From NCBI GenBank assembly GCA_963718615.1, contig OY970368.1, positions 5,216,001 to 5,280,000 of the forward strand: a stretch of DNA of 64,000 nucleotides, in the 5' to 3' direction. Below the pieces are notes generated by a model. The model was not told where the DNA came from and did not search any database. It worked only from the letters and a program-made list of their open reading frames with translations. A program made the position numbers and the translations under genes. Positions 30,153 through 39,903 of this stretch are shown piece after piece; positions within the stretch are counted from its first letter, which is position 1; the number at the start of each line of letters is the position of its first letter. Source of the stretch: an uncultured cyanobacterium (GTDB lineage Bacteria > Cyanobacteriota > Cyanobacteriia > PCC-9006 > JAAUQQ01).

Positions 30153-31463
30153 GGGACTTCCAGGGAAATAATCATGCCAATAGTGGTTCAGGGCGATAGC
30201 CAATATCGATAAACCATTTGCCGAGATTCAAGGGTTTGCCGTTGACCTCGAACTCGGGGAGGCGCTGAATCTGCGTTTCCACCTCAGCCATCGCCAGTTT
30301 GGTCAGTTTGACGCCAGTTTGATAAGTTTGGGTTACGAGTTTAACCACTGGATGGTGACCGTTCCAAGTCATGGATTGGGCGAATTTCAAAACAGTGTCA
30401 ATGTCATCGAGAATGGTGCCATTCCAGTGATTTTCGAGAACGCCCCAGGTTCTTTCTATTGGATTGTATTTACTGTGATAGGGCGGATAATAAGCCAAGC
30501 GGAGATTTATCTGATGACGCTGGGCAAAGTCCACCATCCGTTTCATGAACTGCGTGCGTCGAGAATGATTTTCTGGACCATTATCCTGGTGGAGTAATAA
30601 CGTCTGAACCGCCGAGAACCGCTGCCGATGCTCCAACCACCAATCTTCCAAAGCATCGACGATGAAGTCACTGGTCACGTTTGAGGTAGTGCAATAGAGA
30701 AATAGTTCGTCCCATTGCGGTAGGAAAATACCGTAGGGGATGACCGTCGCTTGAGGTTGAAAATCATGGTCGCAGGCTTCGGTCAGGAGCCGATTTTTGC
30801 CCTTTCGGGAGAACGGCCCTACTTTCACAGCGGCTTTGGCGTCCAACGAGAGTCGTAATACTGTGGGGTCGTCGAGGGCGACGGCATTGACGACAGCCAT
30901 CTGGTCAAAAATGGCATCGGTCAAGGCAATTTTTTTTGAGGTTTCGTTTTCCCGACCTTGCTGGGGTAATAGCCCAATTGATTCAGCCGCGTTCGGATGG
31001 TTTCGGTCGTGGGCAATTCCTCGTCGCGATAGCCGTTTTGGGCAATCAGTTGACGGCGCACTTCGGCGGCACTCAGACGGGTGTACAAGCGATTTGTCGT
31101 GAATTTCGGATCGCTCTGGCTTTGGCTATCCACGAGCGCTTGAATATCCCTCAGCAAGTTGGGTAAACGGCTCTCTGTTCGCTTGCGACCACGCATCTTA
31201 AAGGCATCGACACAAATCACGCCGTTCTCGATTTCGCGTTGCCCTTTGCGAATCAAGTCACGATGCCAACCTAATTCGCGCTCGGCGAGGCGCTGTCCTC
31301 CTCGCCCTAGCTCTGCTACAGTTTGGGCCATAAACCGACGACGCTCGTGGCCTTGCAGACACTCGGCGGTCTCTTTCAATAACACTTTGAGGGAGTCTGT
31401 GAGTTTCAACATGAACTCAGTTTAGTTCATGCCTGCTGGGACGATTTATTTATTGGAAGTCCC
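30153..31463 (-). mobile_element. ISAzo13-family insertion sequence
   Basis: Terminal IRs GGGACTTCCA / TGGAAGTCCC, TTA duplication at 30150-30152 and 31464-31466, split transposase. Confidence 0.9.
30172..31412 (-). CDS. ISAzo13 DDE transposase in two frames joined by a -1 shift at an A8 run
   Basis: ORF1 ends KTKPQKKLP*; the -1 frame continues KKIALTDAIF...SLDAKA...DNGPEN...YPPYHSKYNPIE. Confidence 0.85.
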
Positions 31464-31510
31464 TTATGCCCATCACAAGCTCACCTTCTCCATCCCTCAC
31501 CCATTACCTA

Positions 31511-32263
31511 TTACCCATTTAGTAAACGAGCAAAGGTATCCTTAAGATAGCTATAGCATGGACAGGCCGATCGTACCAGACCTGGACGATTAAGAATTGT
31601 TATGAAATTGGTATTGTAGCGAATCAGTCCTCGGTCCTGGAGGGCGATCGCAGCAATTTGAAGACGTACCCAATCAATCCCAAGGGTCTCAGCAAGGGCT
31701 TGGGAAGAAAGGGCCAGCTCATCCGTCTGCACAAAGTCCTGCACCATCAGCAAACTGCGGGCAAGGCGTTGCTCAAGACTATGCCAAGCTTGGCAGGCGG
31801 ATAGCTGAGAAATTTGCATCAAGCGGACCTCTGTATAACGCAGCAAGCGACGTTGCAACATGCCGCCCCGCTGAAATTCACCGCTCATGGCTTCTGCGCT
31901 AAGGGCGAGGGCGCTCCCGCCCAGCCTGACCTTGACCTCATGGTTCATGTATTGTCCACCCAGAATAATCGGCAACCCCACCATGCCTTCAAGACCCACC
32001 CACAGCGATTCGCTGCTAATTTGGCCATCGAGTAAAAATCGCAGGGCTAGGACGCTTGTGAGGGGAAAGAATATCGTTTGGATGCGATCGCCAGGGCGAT
32101 ACAAAATTTGCCCAACCTCAAGCTCCACCAAGGATAGAAGCCGTGCCAGACTTTGACACTCACTGTCCGGCAGTGTTGCAAGCAGCTTGTTTCGTCGAAT
32201 GATTTGACAGTCCACAGCTCTTTCCTCAACACCTATCCCAGCAGCAAAGAAATCAAACAACAC
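31511..32263 (-). CDS. Crp/Fnr-family regulator with diverged HTH
   Basis: NKLLATLP, VGLEGMVG, HSLEQRLARSLL; paralog of 29247-29987. Confidence 0.85.
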   Translation of the reverse strand: MLFDFFAAGIGVEERAVDCQIIRRNKLLATLPDSECQSLARLLSLVELEVGQILYRPGDRIQTIFFPLTSVLALRFLLDGQISSESLWVGLEGMVGLPIILGGQYMNHEVKVRLGGSALALSAEAMSGEFQRGGMLQRRLLRYTEVRLMQISQLSACQAWHSLEQRLARSLLMVQDFVQTDELALSSQALAETLGIDWVRLQIAAIALQDRGLIRYNTNFITILNRPGLVRSACPCYSYLKDTFARLLNG

Positions 32264-32486
32264 TGACTCGTTAACGTTAATGATGACAAACTCAGATCTT
32301 GCACTGAAGCGATTTATTTATTTACTGACCGTCTTTAACTTAATTCAATTGTAATTCATAAATTCTATGCTCAAGCAAAAGTATCAAGTGTCAAGACATT
32401 TGCCTGTCGCGACAATTAGAAGGCGGGGAGCCCACTGAATTGGCAAAAGGAAATGAGAAGCGGCAATCTCAGGTCAAGACGACAAT

Positions 32487-33401
32487 CTAAGATCGCTTCT
32501 GGTGTGTCGATGTTTGGGAGTCAGATTCAGAGGATTTTGCCGGGAGTGCCTTCAAGTTCTCAGAGCGCTGGTGAGCGGAGCGTTTACGAAAACTGTCCGC
32601 CTTGATTTCGAGAATGACCGCATGGTGAATGAGGCGGTCAACGGCGGCGACGGTCATCATGGAATCACCAAAGATGGAGTTCCACTCACTGAACGGCTGA
32701 TTGGCAGTGACCATGATGCTTTTGCGCTCATAGCGATAGGCAATGAGTTCAAAGAGAACGGAGGTTTCTGCCTCGGATTTTTGGACATAGCCGAGGTCAT
32801 CAATGATCACGAGGTCAAAGCGGTCGAGCTTTTTCAGGGCAGGCTGAAGCTGGAGATGAAGCTTTTCTTTTTGGAGATACTGCACCAGGGTGGTGGCACA
32901 GAAGAATTTGACGCGCTTGCCCGCTTCCAGGGCGGCACGAGCGATGCCAGCGGCCAGATGGGTTTTGCCGACCCCAGAAGGTCCGAAGAAGAGACAGTTT
33001 TGGGCGTCATCAATCCACTGGGGTTCAGTGGCGAGTTTTTGAATCGGGAGAGGGTTAACCAGGGGCAGGTGTGTCCAATCGAAATTGGAAACCGTTTTGG
33101 CGTTGGGCAGTTGAGCTTCGGTGATGGCTCTTTGGAGGCGCAAAGCCTTGCGGCGGTCTGTTTCGAGTTGGCACAGGGCCAAGAGAAATTGCGCGTAGGA
33201 CCAGGTCTCTCGCATGGCTTGCTGCTCCAAGGTCTCCCAGTGGTTGAGCATATGGGATAAGCGCAGGTGCTTGAGCTGAGCGCTGAGGCTTTGGTAAGGG
33301 CTCAGCTCCGGTTGAGACGAGCTCTGGTTCTGCATCTGGGATGACGCTGCTGTGGGTGAACAGAAGGGCATCGTAGTCGTTGAGGTCATGTTGTTGGACA
33401 T
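32487..33401 (-). CDS. istB: IS21 helper ATPase IstB
   Basis: Protein identical to copy 1. Confidence 0.93.
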   Translation of the reverse strand: MSNNMTSTTTMPFCSPTAASSQMQNQSSSQPELSPYQSLSAQLKHLRLSHMLNHWETLEQQAMRETWSYAQFLLALCQLETDRRKALRLQRAITEAQLPNAKTVSNFDWTHLPLVNPLPIQKLATEPQWIDDAQNCLFFGPSGVGKTHLAAGIARAALEAGKRVKFFCATTLVQYLQKEKLHLQLQPALKKLDRFDLVIIDDLGYVQKSEAETSVLFELIAYRYERKSIMVTANQPFSEWNSIFGDSMMTVAAVDRLIHHAVILEIKADSFRKRSAHQRSENLKALPAKSSESDSQTSTHQKRS

Positions 33402-34845
33402 TCACGGTGGGGAATTCGAGTTTGGTGAGCAACTGAAAATGGAGTCTGAGCCTTGAGAGGGTGAGGGTTTTGGCCTCAATCTCTGGGAAGAGGTAGTCAG
33501 CGACCGCCGCTTCCTTGTTTTGGGTCGCCGCAATATAGAGGGCTTCGACCATGAGCACGGCGGCAGAATCAAGCTCAAAGCCAGCCTGGAGCTGTTTCCA
33601 GAGTTGGTGATAGCGCTCATTGGGCAGGAGGTCCTCTCGCCAGGTGCTGTGGAGGAAGGCCAAGGGCTTTTTGCGCAACCCTTCGATGACATGGTGATAG
33701 TCCACCGAGCGGGCGCGCCGCTTGTCCTTGTCAGTAGAACGAATCCGTTTCAACCTGAACACTTCATGGCCTTCGAGGTAGCCCATCAGGCGGTTGTGGT
33801 GCAGATGCACTTCCAGGGACCGGCCAATTAAGCGAGACGGCACGCTGTAGAGCATGCAGCGGATATCAATCGTGCTGTTGCTGCTCACCTTGGCGGTGAG
33901 GAGTTCGTAGTCCGCAGCCCGGTATTTGGGCAACGCCTGGAGATGCGCTTTCTCATGCTCATACTTATCCTGATGCTGGGCATTGAGCTTGGCCACACAG
34001 TCATTGAGCAGGTCTTGATAGTCGCTGACGCTAGCGAAGTCGGTGCTGCCGCGCAGGTACATCGCTTGGACAATGCGGTTCTTCAGATGACCGTGGGGGC
34101 CTTCAATAGAACCGTTCTCGTGGGCGATTCCCCGGTTGTTTCGCGTCGGTTGCAACCGATAGTGCTCACACAGGTCGTCATACAAGCGCGTCAGCGGTTT
34201 GGTCTTCTTCCCACCCAGATTTCGATAGGCCGCACTCAGGCTATCGGTGCGATGCTGCTTTGGAGCCCCGCCGCAGGCAAACAGGGCATTCTGCAATCCT
34301 TCGGATAGGGCGACAAAGCTTTCACCCCCCTCGATTAACTCCGCGTAGGACCAGCCGCTGTAGCCCAAGCGGTAGTGATAAATCAAGTGCTCATAGGGCT
34401 TTCCATTTATCGTCACCACCGTCCCTTTGAGTTCGGTGAAGTCGGAAAATCCTTGCACCCCCGGCTCGTGACGCAGCTCAAACATCACCTCGGGAGCTGG
34501 ACCATACAGTGCTTTCCAGGTTCTCACTCGCCGCTGAAGCGTCCTGAGCACTTGCGGATATTGACCCGGATATTTGTCCTGCAAATGCTCAAATAACGTC
34601 GTCGGTTTCAGTCTTGGCTCAGCTCGCAGCATCGCCTCTAGTTCGGCTTCCCAAAGACCGTTGAGTGGATCTGGCCGGGTCCGCACCCCGGTGCCCTCTC
34701 CACTCCCCTGCTGCCACTCGTTGGCATCCATTCGTTGCGCGGTTCGCACCGAAAATTCCGCCACCGCTGCCGCATCTTGCTGCGACAGGCCATGCTCCTT
34801 TGCATTCATGTACACTCGCTGTTGATACATTATTACTCTCGACAC
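33055..34845 (-). CDS. istA: IS21 transposase IstA
   Basis: Protein identical to copy 1. Confidence 0.93.
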   Translation of the reverse strand: MSRVIMYQQRVYMNAKEHGLSQQDAAAVAEFSVRTAQRMDANEWQQGSGEGTGVRTRPDPLNGLWEAELEAMLRAEPRLKPTTLFEHLQDKYPGQYPQVLRTLQRRVRTWKALYGPAPEVMFELRHEPGVQGFSDFTELKGTVVTINGKPYEHLIYHYRLGYSGWSYAELIEGGESFVALSEGLQNALFACGGAPKQHRTDSLSAAYRNLGGKKTKPLTRLYDDLCEHYRLQPTRNNRGIAHENGSIEGPHGHLKNRIVQAMYLRGSTDFASVSDYQDLLNDCVAKLNAQHQDKYEHEKAHLQALPKYRAADYELLTAKVSSNSTIDIRCMLYSVPSRLIGRSLEVHLHHNRLMGYLEGHEVFRLKRIRSTDKDKRRARSVDYHHVIEGLRKKPLAFLHSTWREDLLPNERYHQLWKQLQAGFELDSAAVLMVEALYIAATQNKEAAVADYLFPEIEAKTLTLSRLRLHFQLLTKLEFPTVNVQQHDLNDYDALLFTHSSVIPDAEPELVSTGAEPLPKPQRSAQAPALIPYAQPLGDLGAASHARDLVLRAISLGPVPTRNRPPQGFAPPKSHHRSSTAQRQNGFQFRLDTPAPG

Positions 34846-35059
34846 TCGTTAGAGTCCTTTCTTTCCAGGGGGACCCTATGAGTGTCTTTTTTTGTCGATC
34901 GCCACGCCAGTGAGCTGTCAAAGTCTCACGTCTGTCTCACGATCCAAGCCACGCTTTCGCGACAACTCCCGCCAGGAAATGTCGAGCAGCCGCCAATGCT
35001 ATTGTCGTCTAACACAAAAGTATCAGTCAGATATGTAGTAAGACATATTTTCAAACCCA

Positions 35060-35140
35060 TGTAGGGGTCTGCATCCCTGCCCCAGGCAGATTAAGGTGCA
35101 TCACGAATCCTGCATTGGGTGTGGAATTCTCACCCCTACA
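35060..35140. repeat. GTAG-type REP doublet (REPIN-like)
   Basis: TGTAGGGGTCTGCATCCCTGCCCC...GGGTGTGGAATTCTCACCCCTACA: inverted pair of GTAG-headed imperfect hairpins. Confidence 0.6.
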
Positions 35141-35443
35141 ATTCGATCTAAATTAATTCTCATTTCTTAGGTTTTCGTAAAATTCATTCGCCGAGAATCA
35201 ATTCCATTCAATGCGCGATATCGTACAGACTGAAGGGATCAAAAAGTGCTTCCTTAAGGAGATAAAGCTTGAATTCCTCTTTAATATCTAAGTAAAAATG
35301 CTATACAGAAACTATCATGACTAGTCGCATTATAGACAAATAATAATAGAAAAACAATATCCATCCAATCCTATCGATCCATCTAGGCCATACAGGCGGC
35401 AAGTATTTTTACTCATCACAATAGACTCCACGAGGCTGCTGAT

Positions 35444-35719
35444 ATGCCACATCTTCAAGCAAAATCTACTCAACGATCCCTGGAACTCAGAATCGACGAG
35501 ATTCTTCAGGAGTACCCTGAGGGCCATGTTTACATTCTTGCTTTTTCTGTGGAATGTCTATACGAGAGGCTGGTTTCCTACGCCATCATTCAAAGTTTGA
35601 AACATTGTCATTTGTCGTTAGAAGGATCTGAAAAAACACAACTTCGAACAGATAAAATCATTCTTCAAGGTATGAAGCAGCTTACCCATCCGCCCAAGCA
35701 ATTTTTTGTTCACCCTTAA
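35444..35719 (+). CDS. Small hypothetical protein
   Basis: 91-aa ATG ORF directly upstream of the Crp-like gene. Confidence 0.5.
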   Translation: MPHLQAKSTQRSLELRIDEILQEYPEGHVYILAFSVECLYERLVSYAIIQSLKHCHLSLEGSEKTQLRTDKIILQGMKQLTHPPKQFFVHP

Positions 35720-35737
35720 ATCCCAAGAGAGCACCCT

Positions 35738-36348
35738 GTGATTAGCATTCGAGAAAACCATACCAGATTTAATCGTCATTCTGCCCTCTCAAGCCCATTC
35801 AACCGCTTCTGGAAAATCCAAATTGGATATATACGAAGCATTATCCTGGATGAAAATGGCAATGTAGTCGTCTTAGGCATTTGGGGACCCGGTGACATCA
35901 TTGGCAATCTCTCTAACTCCCCCATTACTTTCGATTTGAATGCCTAACCGATGTCAATGCAACGTTGCTTCCTGAAGAGTATGAATACACGATAGAAGAT
36001 CTCGTAACGCAAATTCGTCAACTTGAAGAATTATTGATCATCAAGCAAGCTAAACCCCTGCAAGATTGCTTACTCCTCACCTTGACTTGGTTAGCTAAAC
36101 GCTTTGGCTACGTGAAAGATCAAAAGATGATTATTGATCTAAAGTTAACCCATCAAGATTTAGCCGATTTAATTGGCAGCAATCGGGTCACCGTCACTCA
36201 TTTACTCAAGCAGTTGGAACAGGATCAAAAAATTGAACGGACAGACAAGGATTTCATCCTTATTCCCATAAACAACTTGGCCCTCAGAAACCATGCCTCA
36301 AAGCATTCTCAAGGCCATCGGCAACCGGATAGCTATCCTTTCTACTAA
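35738..36348 (+). pseudogene. Frameshifted short Crp-family regulator
   Basis: WKIQIG...LGIWGPGDIIG in one frame; FECLTDV...LTHQDLADLIGSNRVTVT in another; shift at or near the C5 run 35919-35923. Confidence 0.8.
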
Positions 36349-36386
36349 CCCCATTGACTAGAACCCACCGACTGGACCAAGGGCCA

Positions 36387-37718
36387 TTAAAAGAATAAGG
36401 CTTGGCTAAACTGAGTGTTTTCAATTTTGGCATCCCGAAAGTCCACATCCAGGAGATCTGCTTCCCGAAAGTCGGTGTTTGTCAGATTGCAAAAGCCAAG
36501 GTCCGCGCCTTGCAAATTCGCCCCGCGCAAATCGGCATCCTGCAAATTGGTCCCCCGCAAATTTGCCCCGCGCAAATCAGCTCCTCTAAAGTCAGCGCTG
36601 ACCAAATTGGCTCCATAGAAAATACAGCCCTGGAGGTCCGCCCCATAGAAATCCACACTGGCCAAATGGGCTCGATATAAATTTGAACCCTGCAACTGAG
36701 TTTGCGAACAGTTGGCCCCTTGGAGATTGGCTCGCACAAAATTGGCATTCAGCGCCTTGGCTTGGCTTAAGTCTGCATCGATCAAGCAGCTTTGGTAGAA
36801 CCTTGCATCACTCAAATTCGCTCGATTCAACCGCGCGCCGGTCAAATTTGCCTCATGAAATAAGGCGAGTTGTAGTTGGGTTTGGCCCAGATCTGCGCCC
36901 TGCAAATCCCCATAGCTAAAATCTGCCCCGATTAGCACCGCCTGGTTGAGATTGGCGTGGATGAGCTTTGCCTCGCGCAACAGTGCATCTTGGAGATTCG
37001 AGCGGATCAGTTTGGTATCAGAAAGCTGGCTCCGGCAAAGATCCGCTTGGCGCAGGTCTGCCTCCGACAGATTCGCCCCCTGAAGATTCGCATCACAGAG
37101 GATCGCCTCCCGCAAATCCGCCTGCCACAGTTCCGCCCGCTGCAAATTCGCGCCCGTAAGATTGGCCGTGTAGAGCACCGCTTGGCGCAGAGAGGCTCCC
37201 GTCAGCAGCGCACCGCTTAGATCCGCCAGACTCAGGTCCACTTCCGCCAAATCCGCATAGGCAAGATTGGCATCCCGCAGATTGGCTTCCTTGAGCTTCG
37301 CCGTGTAGAGATCGGCAATGCGCAGGTCCGCTTCCCGCAGATTGGCCGAGCTGAGATCCGCCAAGCTAAAGTTGGCCTCCCGCAAATCCGCCAGACGCAG
37401 GGAAGCCGCTTGGAGATTGGCACCACAGAGATTTGCGGTATAAAGAATCGCCTCCGTTAGGTTCGCTCCGGTCAGACGAGCATTGATAAAACTGGCCAGC
37501 TTGAGGTGAGTCAAACTGAAGTTGGCCTCACTGAGCTCCGCGCAATCGAACGCGGCCCGGTTTAAATTGGGTTTTTCTTGAAGATGGGTTTCCCGCCAGT
37601 GATTCCACGCGGGTAGATCCTGGTGGATCAACGCTATAGATTGTTGGGCGGATGCCGTCACCTGCGTACTACTTCCCATTGGATCGCCCCCTGATGATGT
37701 CGAGACCATAATTGCCAC
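36387..37718 (-). CDS. Pentapeptide-repeat protein
   Basis: A(D/N)LxX repeats throughout, preceded by a WNHWR motif. Confidence 0.95.
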   Translation of the reverse strand: MAIMVSTSSGGDPMGSSTQVTASAQQSIALIHQDLPAWNHWRETHLQEKPNLNRAAFDCAELSEANFSLTHLKLASFINARLTGANLTEAILYTANLCGANLQAASLRLADLREANFSLADLSSANLREADLRIADLYTAKLKEANLRDANLAYADLAEVDLSLADLSGALLTGASLRQAVLYTANLTGANLQRAELWQADLREAILCDANLQGANLSEADLRQADLCRSQLSDTKLIRSNLQDALLREAKLIHANLNQAVLIGADFSYGDLQGADLGQTQLQLALFHEANLTGARLNRANLSDARFYQSCLIDADLSQAKALNANFVRANLQGANCSQTQLQGSNLYRAHLASVDFYGADLQGCIFYGANLVSADFRGADLRGANLRGTNLQDADLRGANLQGADLGFCNLTNTDFREADLLDVDFRDAKIENTQFSQALFF

Positions 37719-37958
37719 GCTACGAGCTATTCAAAGGATAATTAGTTACACAGGTGAATTTGGTAAATTCACGCAAAAAACACAAATCTGGCGATCGCAA
37801 TCTACCTTGATTTTACGATGACAATAAATACTATCGCAAAAAATTCAAATTAGCGTTACAAACCTGAAGGACGGGCTGCCATGCTGTGCACTATGCCGTG
37901 ATCAAAGCCAAGGATTGACTCCTATCGGCCCATCAAAATTTATCCAGATTTTTCTACG

Positions 37959-38006
37959 GTTTAAAGGTTTGAGGGTTTGAGAGTTTGAGGGTTTGAGAAC
38001 TGAGGG
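37959..38006. repeat. Short tandem 8-mer repeat (GGTTTGAG-like, about 5 copies)
   Basis: GGTTTAAA GGTTTGAG GGTTTGAG AGTTTGAG GGTTTGAG. Confidence 0.75.
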
Positions 38007-38318
38007 CGGGCGATCGCCAATCCCCGATCCCCTATGGGGTAGGCAAGCCCCCTGAGGCCGAAATATTCGTTTCTTACCCATAAATTGGGTTTGGCTTGCT
38101 ACAGAATATTCACCTTGATGTTTGAAACGATTCATCACGGCCCCCAAAATTACGCTCTAAAAAAGTTGTCTTAGCATCTCCCATCCCTTGATCGCAGTTA
38201 CTGAAGCCCCAGGCCGGGTTGCGTCCTGCGCAAAAGTTTCGCATTTCCGCACGGATCTGACAGGATAAAAGGTGAAGGGAGATAAACACTGACCCAAGCT
38301 GACCTGCTGTTCTCCACC

Positions 38319-39791
38319 ATGCCGCAAGCCAACCCGATGCGCCGCATCAACCGTCCAGAACTGGCCGTTAGCCATCCACAGTACCGTCTACAAAGCCAGC
38401 TCGGCAGCGCACCGGGGCGGCAAACTTGGCTGGCCCAAGACCTCAGCAGCACCCCACCCGAGCCCGTCATTCTCAAGCTTCTGGCCTTCAGCGATGAAAT
38501 GGGTTGGCAATCCCTCACGCTCTTTGAACGAGAAGCCCAAGTGCTACAAACCCTCCAGCACCCGCGCCTGCCCCGCTATCGCGCCAGCTTTTCCCTGGAC
38601 TCAGCCCACCTGCCCACCGCTAATGCTTCCCCACTTTCCCCACTCCCCCCAGCCTCGCCAAGGCCCACCTCCCCCAGCCCCATTCAATGGTTTGGTCTTG
38701 CCCAGGATTATATTCCCGGCCAAAGCCTCAAAACGCTGCTCCAACAAGGCCACCGCTTCAAACCCGACCAAATCTGCACCATCGCCACCCAAGTTCTCGA
38801 CATCCTCGCCTACCTCCACAGCCGCACCCCCCAGGTCCTACACCGCGACATCAAACCCAGCAATTTAATTCTGGGTGAAGACCAGCAGATTTATCTCATT
38901 GACCTGGGAGCTGCCCAGACCCAAACCCGAGATCTGGAGGAGTCTTTGGGCGATCGCAGCTTCACCATTGTCGGCACCTACGGCTACACCCCCCTCGAAC
39001 AATTTGGTGGACGTCCCATTCCCGCCTCCGACCTCTACGCCCTCGGAGCCACCCTCATCCATTTGCTCACCGGCATCCCCCCCGCCGACCTGCCCCAACA
39101 AAACCTCCAGTTACAATTTGCCGATCGCACCCCCCATCCCCTCAACCCTGCCCTCATCCACTGGCTCCAAACCCTCACCCACCCCGATCCCCACCAGCGC
39201 TACCCCAACGCCACCAGCGCCCGCCAAGCTCTCCACCACCCCATCCCCCCATCCCCCCATTCCCCCATTCCCCGCCCCTCCGGCAGCAACCTCCACATCC
39301 AACACAGCCCCCAACGCCTCCTCATCGAACTCCCCGGCAACGACCTCGGTATCGTCCTGAGCGGTCTGGCAATCGTTTTCTTTGGAGCTGGGCTGCTGCT
39401 CAATCCCTGGCTCATGGCCTTAGCCCTTGGCCTTGGACCCTGGGGACTCTGGCTCGCCGCTCCCCATTTCATTCGGTTAGAACGTGAATTTTCTGACCTG
39501 CATTTAATTCTGTTCAAAACCCTTTTCGGCCAAATTTTGCGACGCACCCACGAAAACCGCGTCCACATTCAGCACCTTTTCCATACACTGCGTTCCGCTG
39601 AACAGCGCCTAGCCCTGCATCAATCCAACCGCACCCTCGTCATCCAAACCGCCCGCCGAGAATATGCCCTAGGCACCACCCTAAGTCGTGAAGAAAGCGC
39701 CTGGCTCATGCAGGAGATCCAGGCTTGGCTAGAGAGATCACCGAACCCTGTTGAACCCATACAGAAGCGGGGCACTCTAGCAGAAGGATAG
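38319..39791 (+). CDS. Ser/Thr protein kinase with C-terminal membrane domain
   Basis: VILKLL, HRDIKPSN, LIDLG, GTYGYTPLEQ, SDLYALG; hydrophobic helices near the C-terminus. Confidence 0.92.
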   Translation: MPQANPMRRINRPELAVSHPQYRLQSQLGSAPGRQTWLAQDLSSTPPEPVILKLLAFSDEMGWQSLTLFEREAQVLQTLQHPRLPRYRASFSLDSAHLPTANASPLSPLPPASPRPTSPSPIQWFGLAQDYIPGQSLKTLLQQGHRFKPDQICTIATQVLDILAYLHSRTPQVLHRDIKPSNLILGEDQQIYLIDLGAAQTQTRDLEESLGDRSFTIVGTYGYTPLEQFGGRPIPASDLYALGATLIHLLTGIPPADLPQQNLQLQFADRTPHPLNPALIHWLQTLTHPDPHQRYPNATSARQALHHPIPPSPHSPIPRPSGSNLHIQHSPQRLLIELPGNDLGIVLSGLAIVFFGAGLLLNPWLMALALGLGPWGLWLAAPHFIRLEREFSDLHLILFKTLFGQILRRTHENRVHIQHLFHTLRSAEQRLALHQSNRTLVIQTARREYALGTTLSREESAWLMQEIQAWLERSPNPVEPIQKRGTLAEG

Positions 39792-39903
39792 TGTTGATCT
39801 GGTTCTAGCCCAGAATTCTTCTTAGATCCTGGCTCAGTCCTACCCTCAGCCCGTCCATCCTGGCTCAATTGAGTTCGTTCTTGCATCTATCTGTGTCACC
39901 GTA

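Larger units (their letters stand above)
32382..35014 (-). mobile_element. IS21-family insertion sequence, copy 2 (2633 bp)
   Basis: Inverted near-identical copy of 3345-5977 (one silent difference seen, 4467 vs 33892); target duplication CAAAAG at 32376-32381 and 35015-35020. Confidence 0.96.

Noticed and set aside
32376-35025. 11-bp direct repeat CAAAAGTATCA as the target duplication of IS copy 2
   Set aside because: TATCA is shared with copy 1 and belongs to the IS end; the duplication is 6 bp
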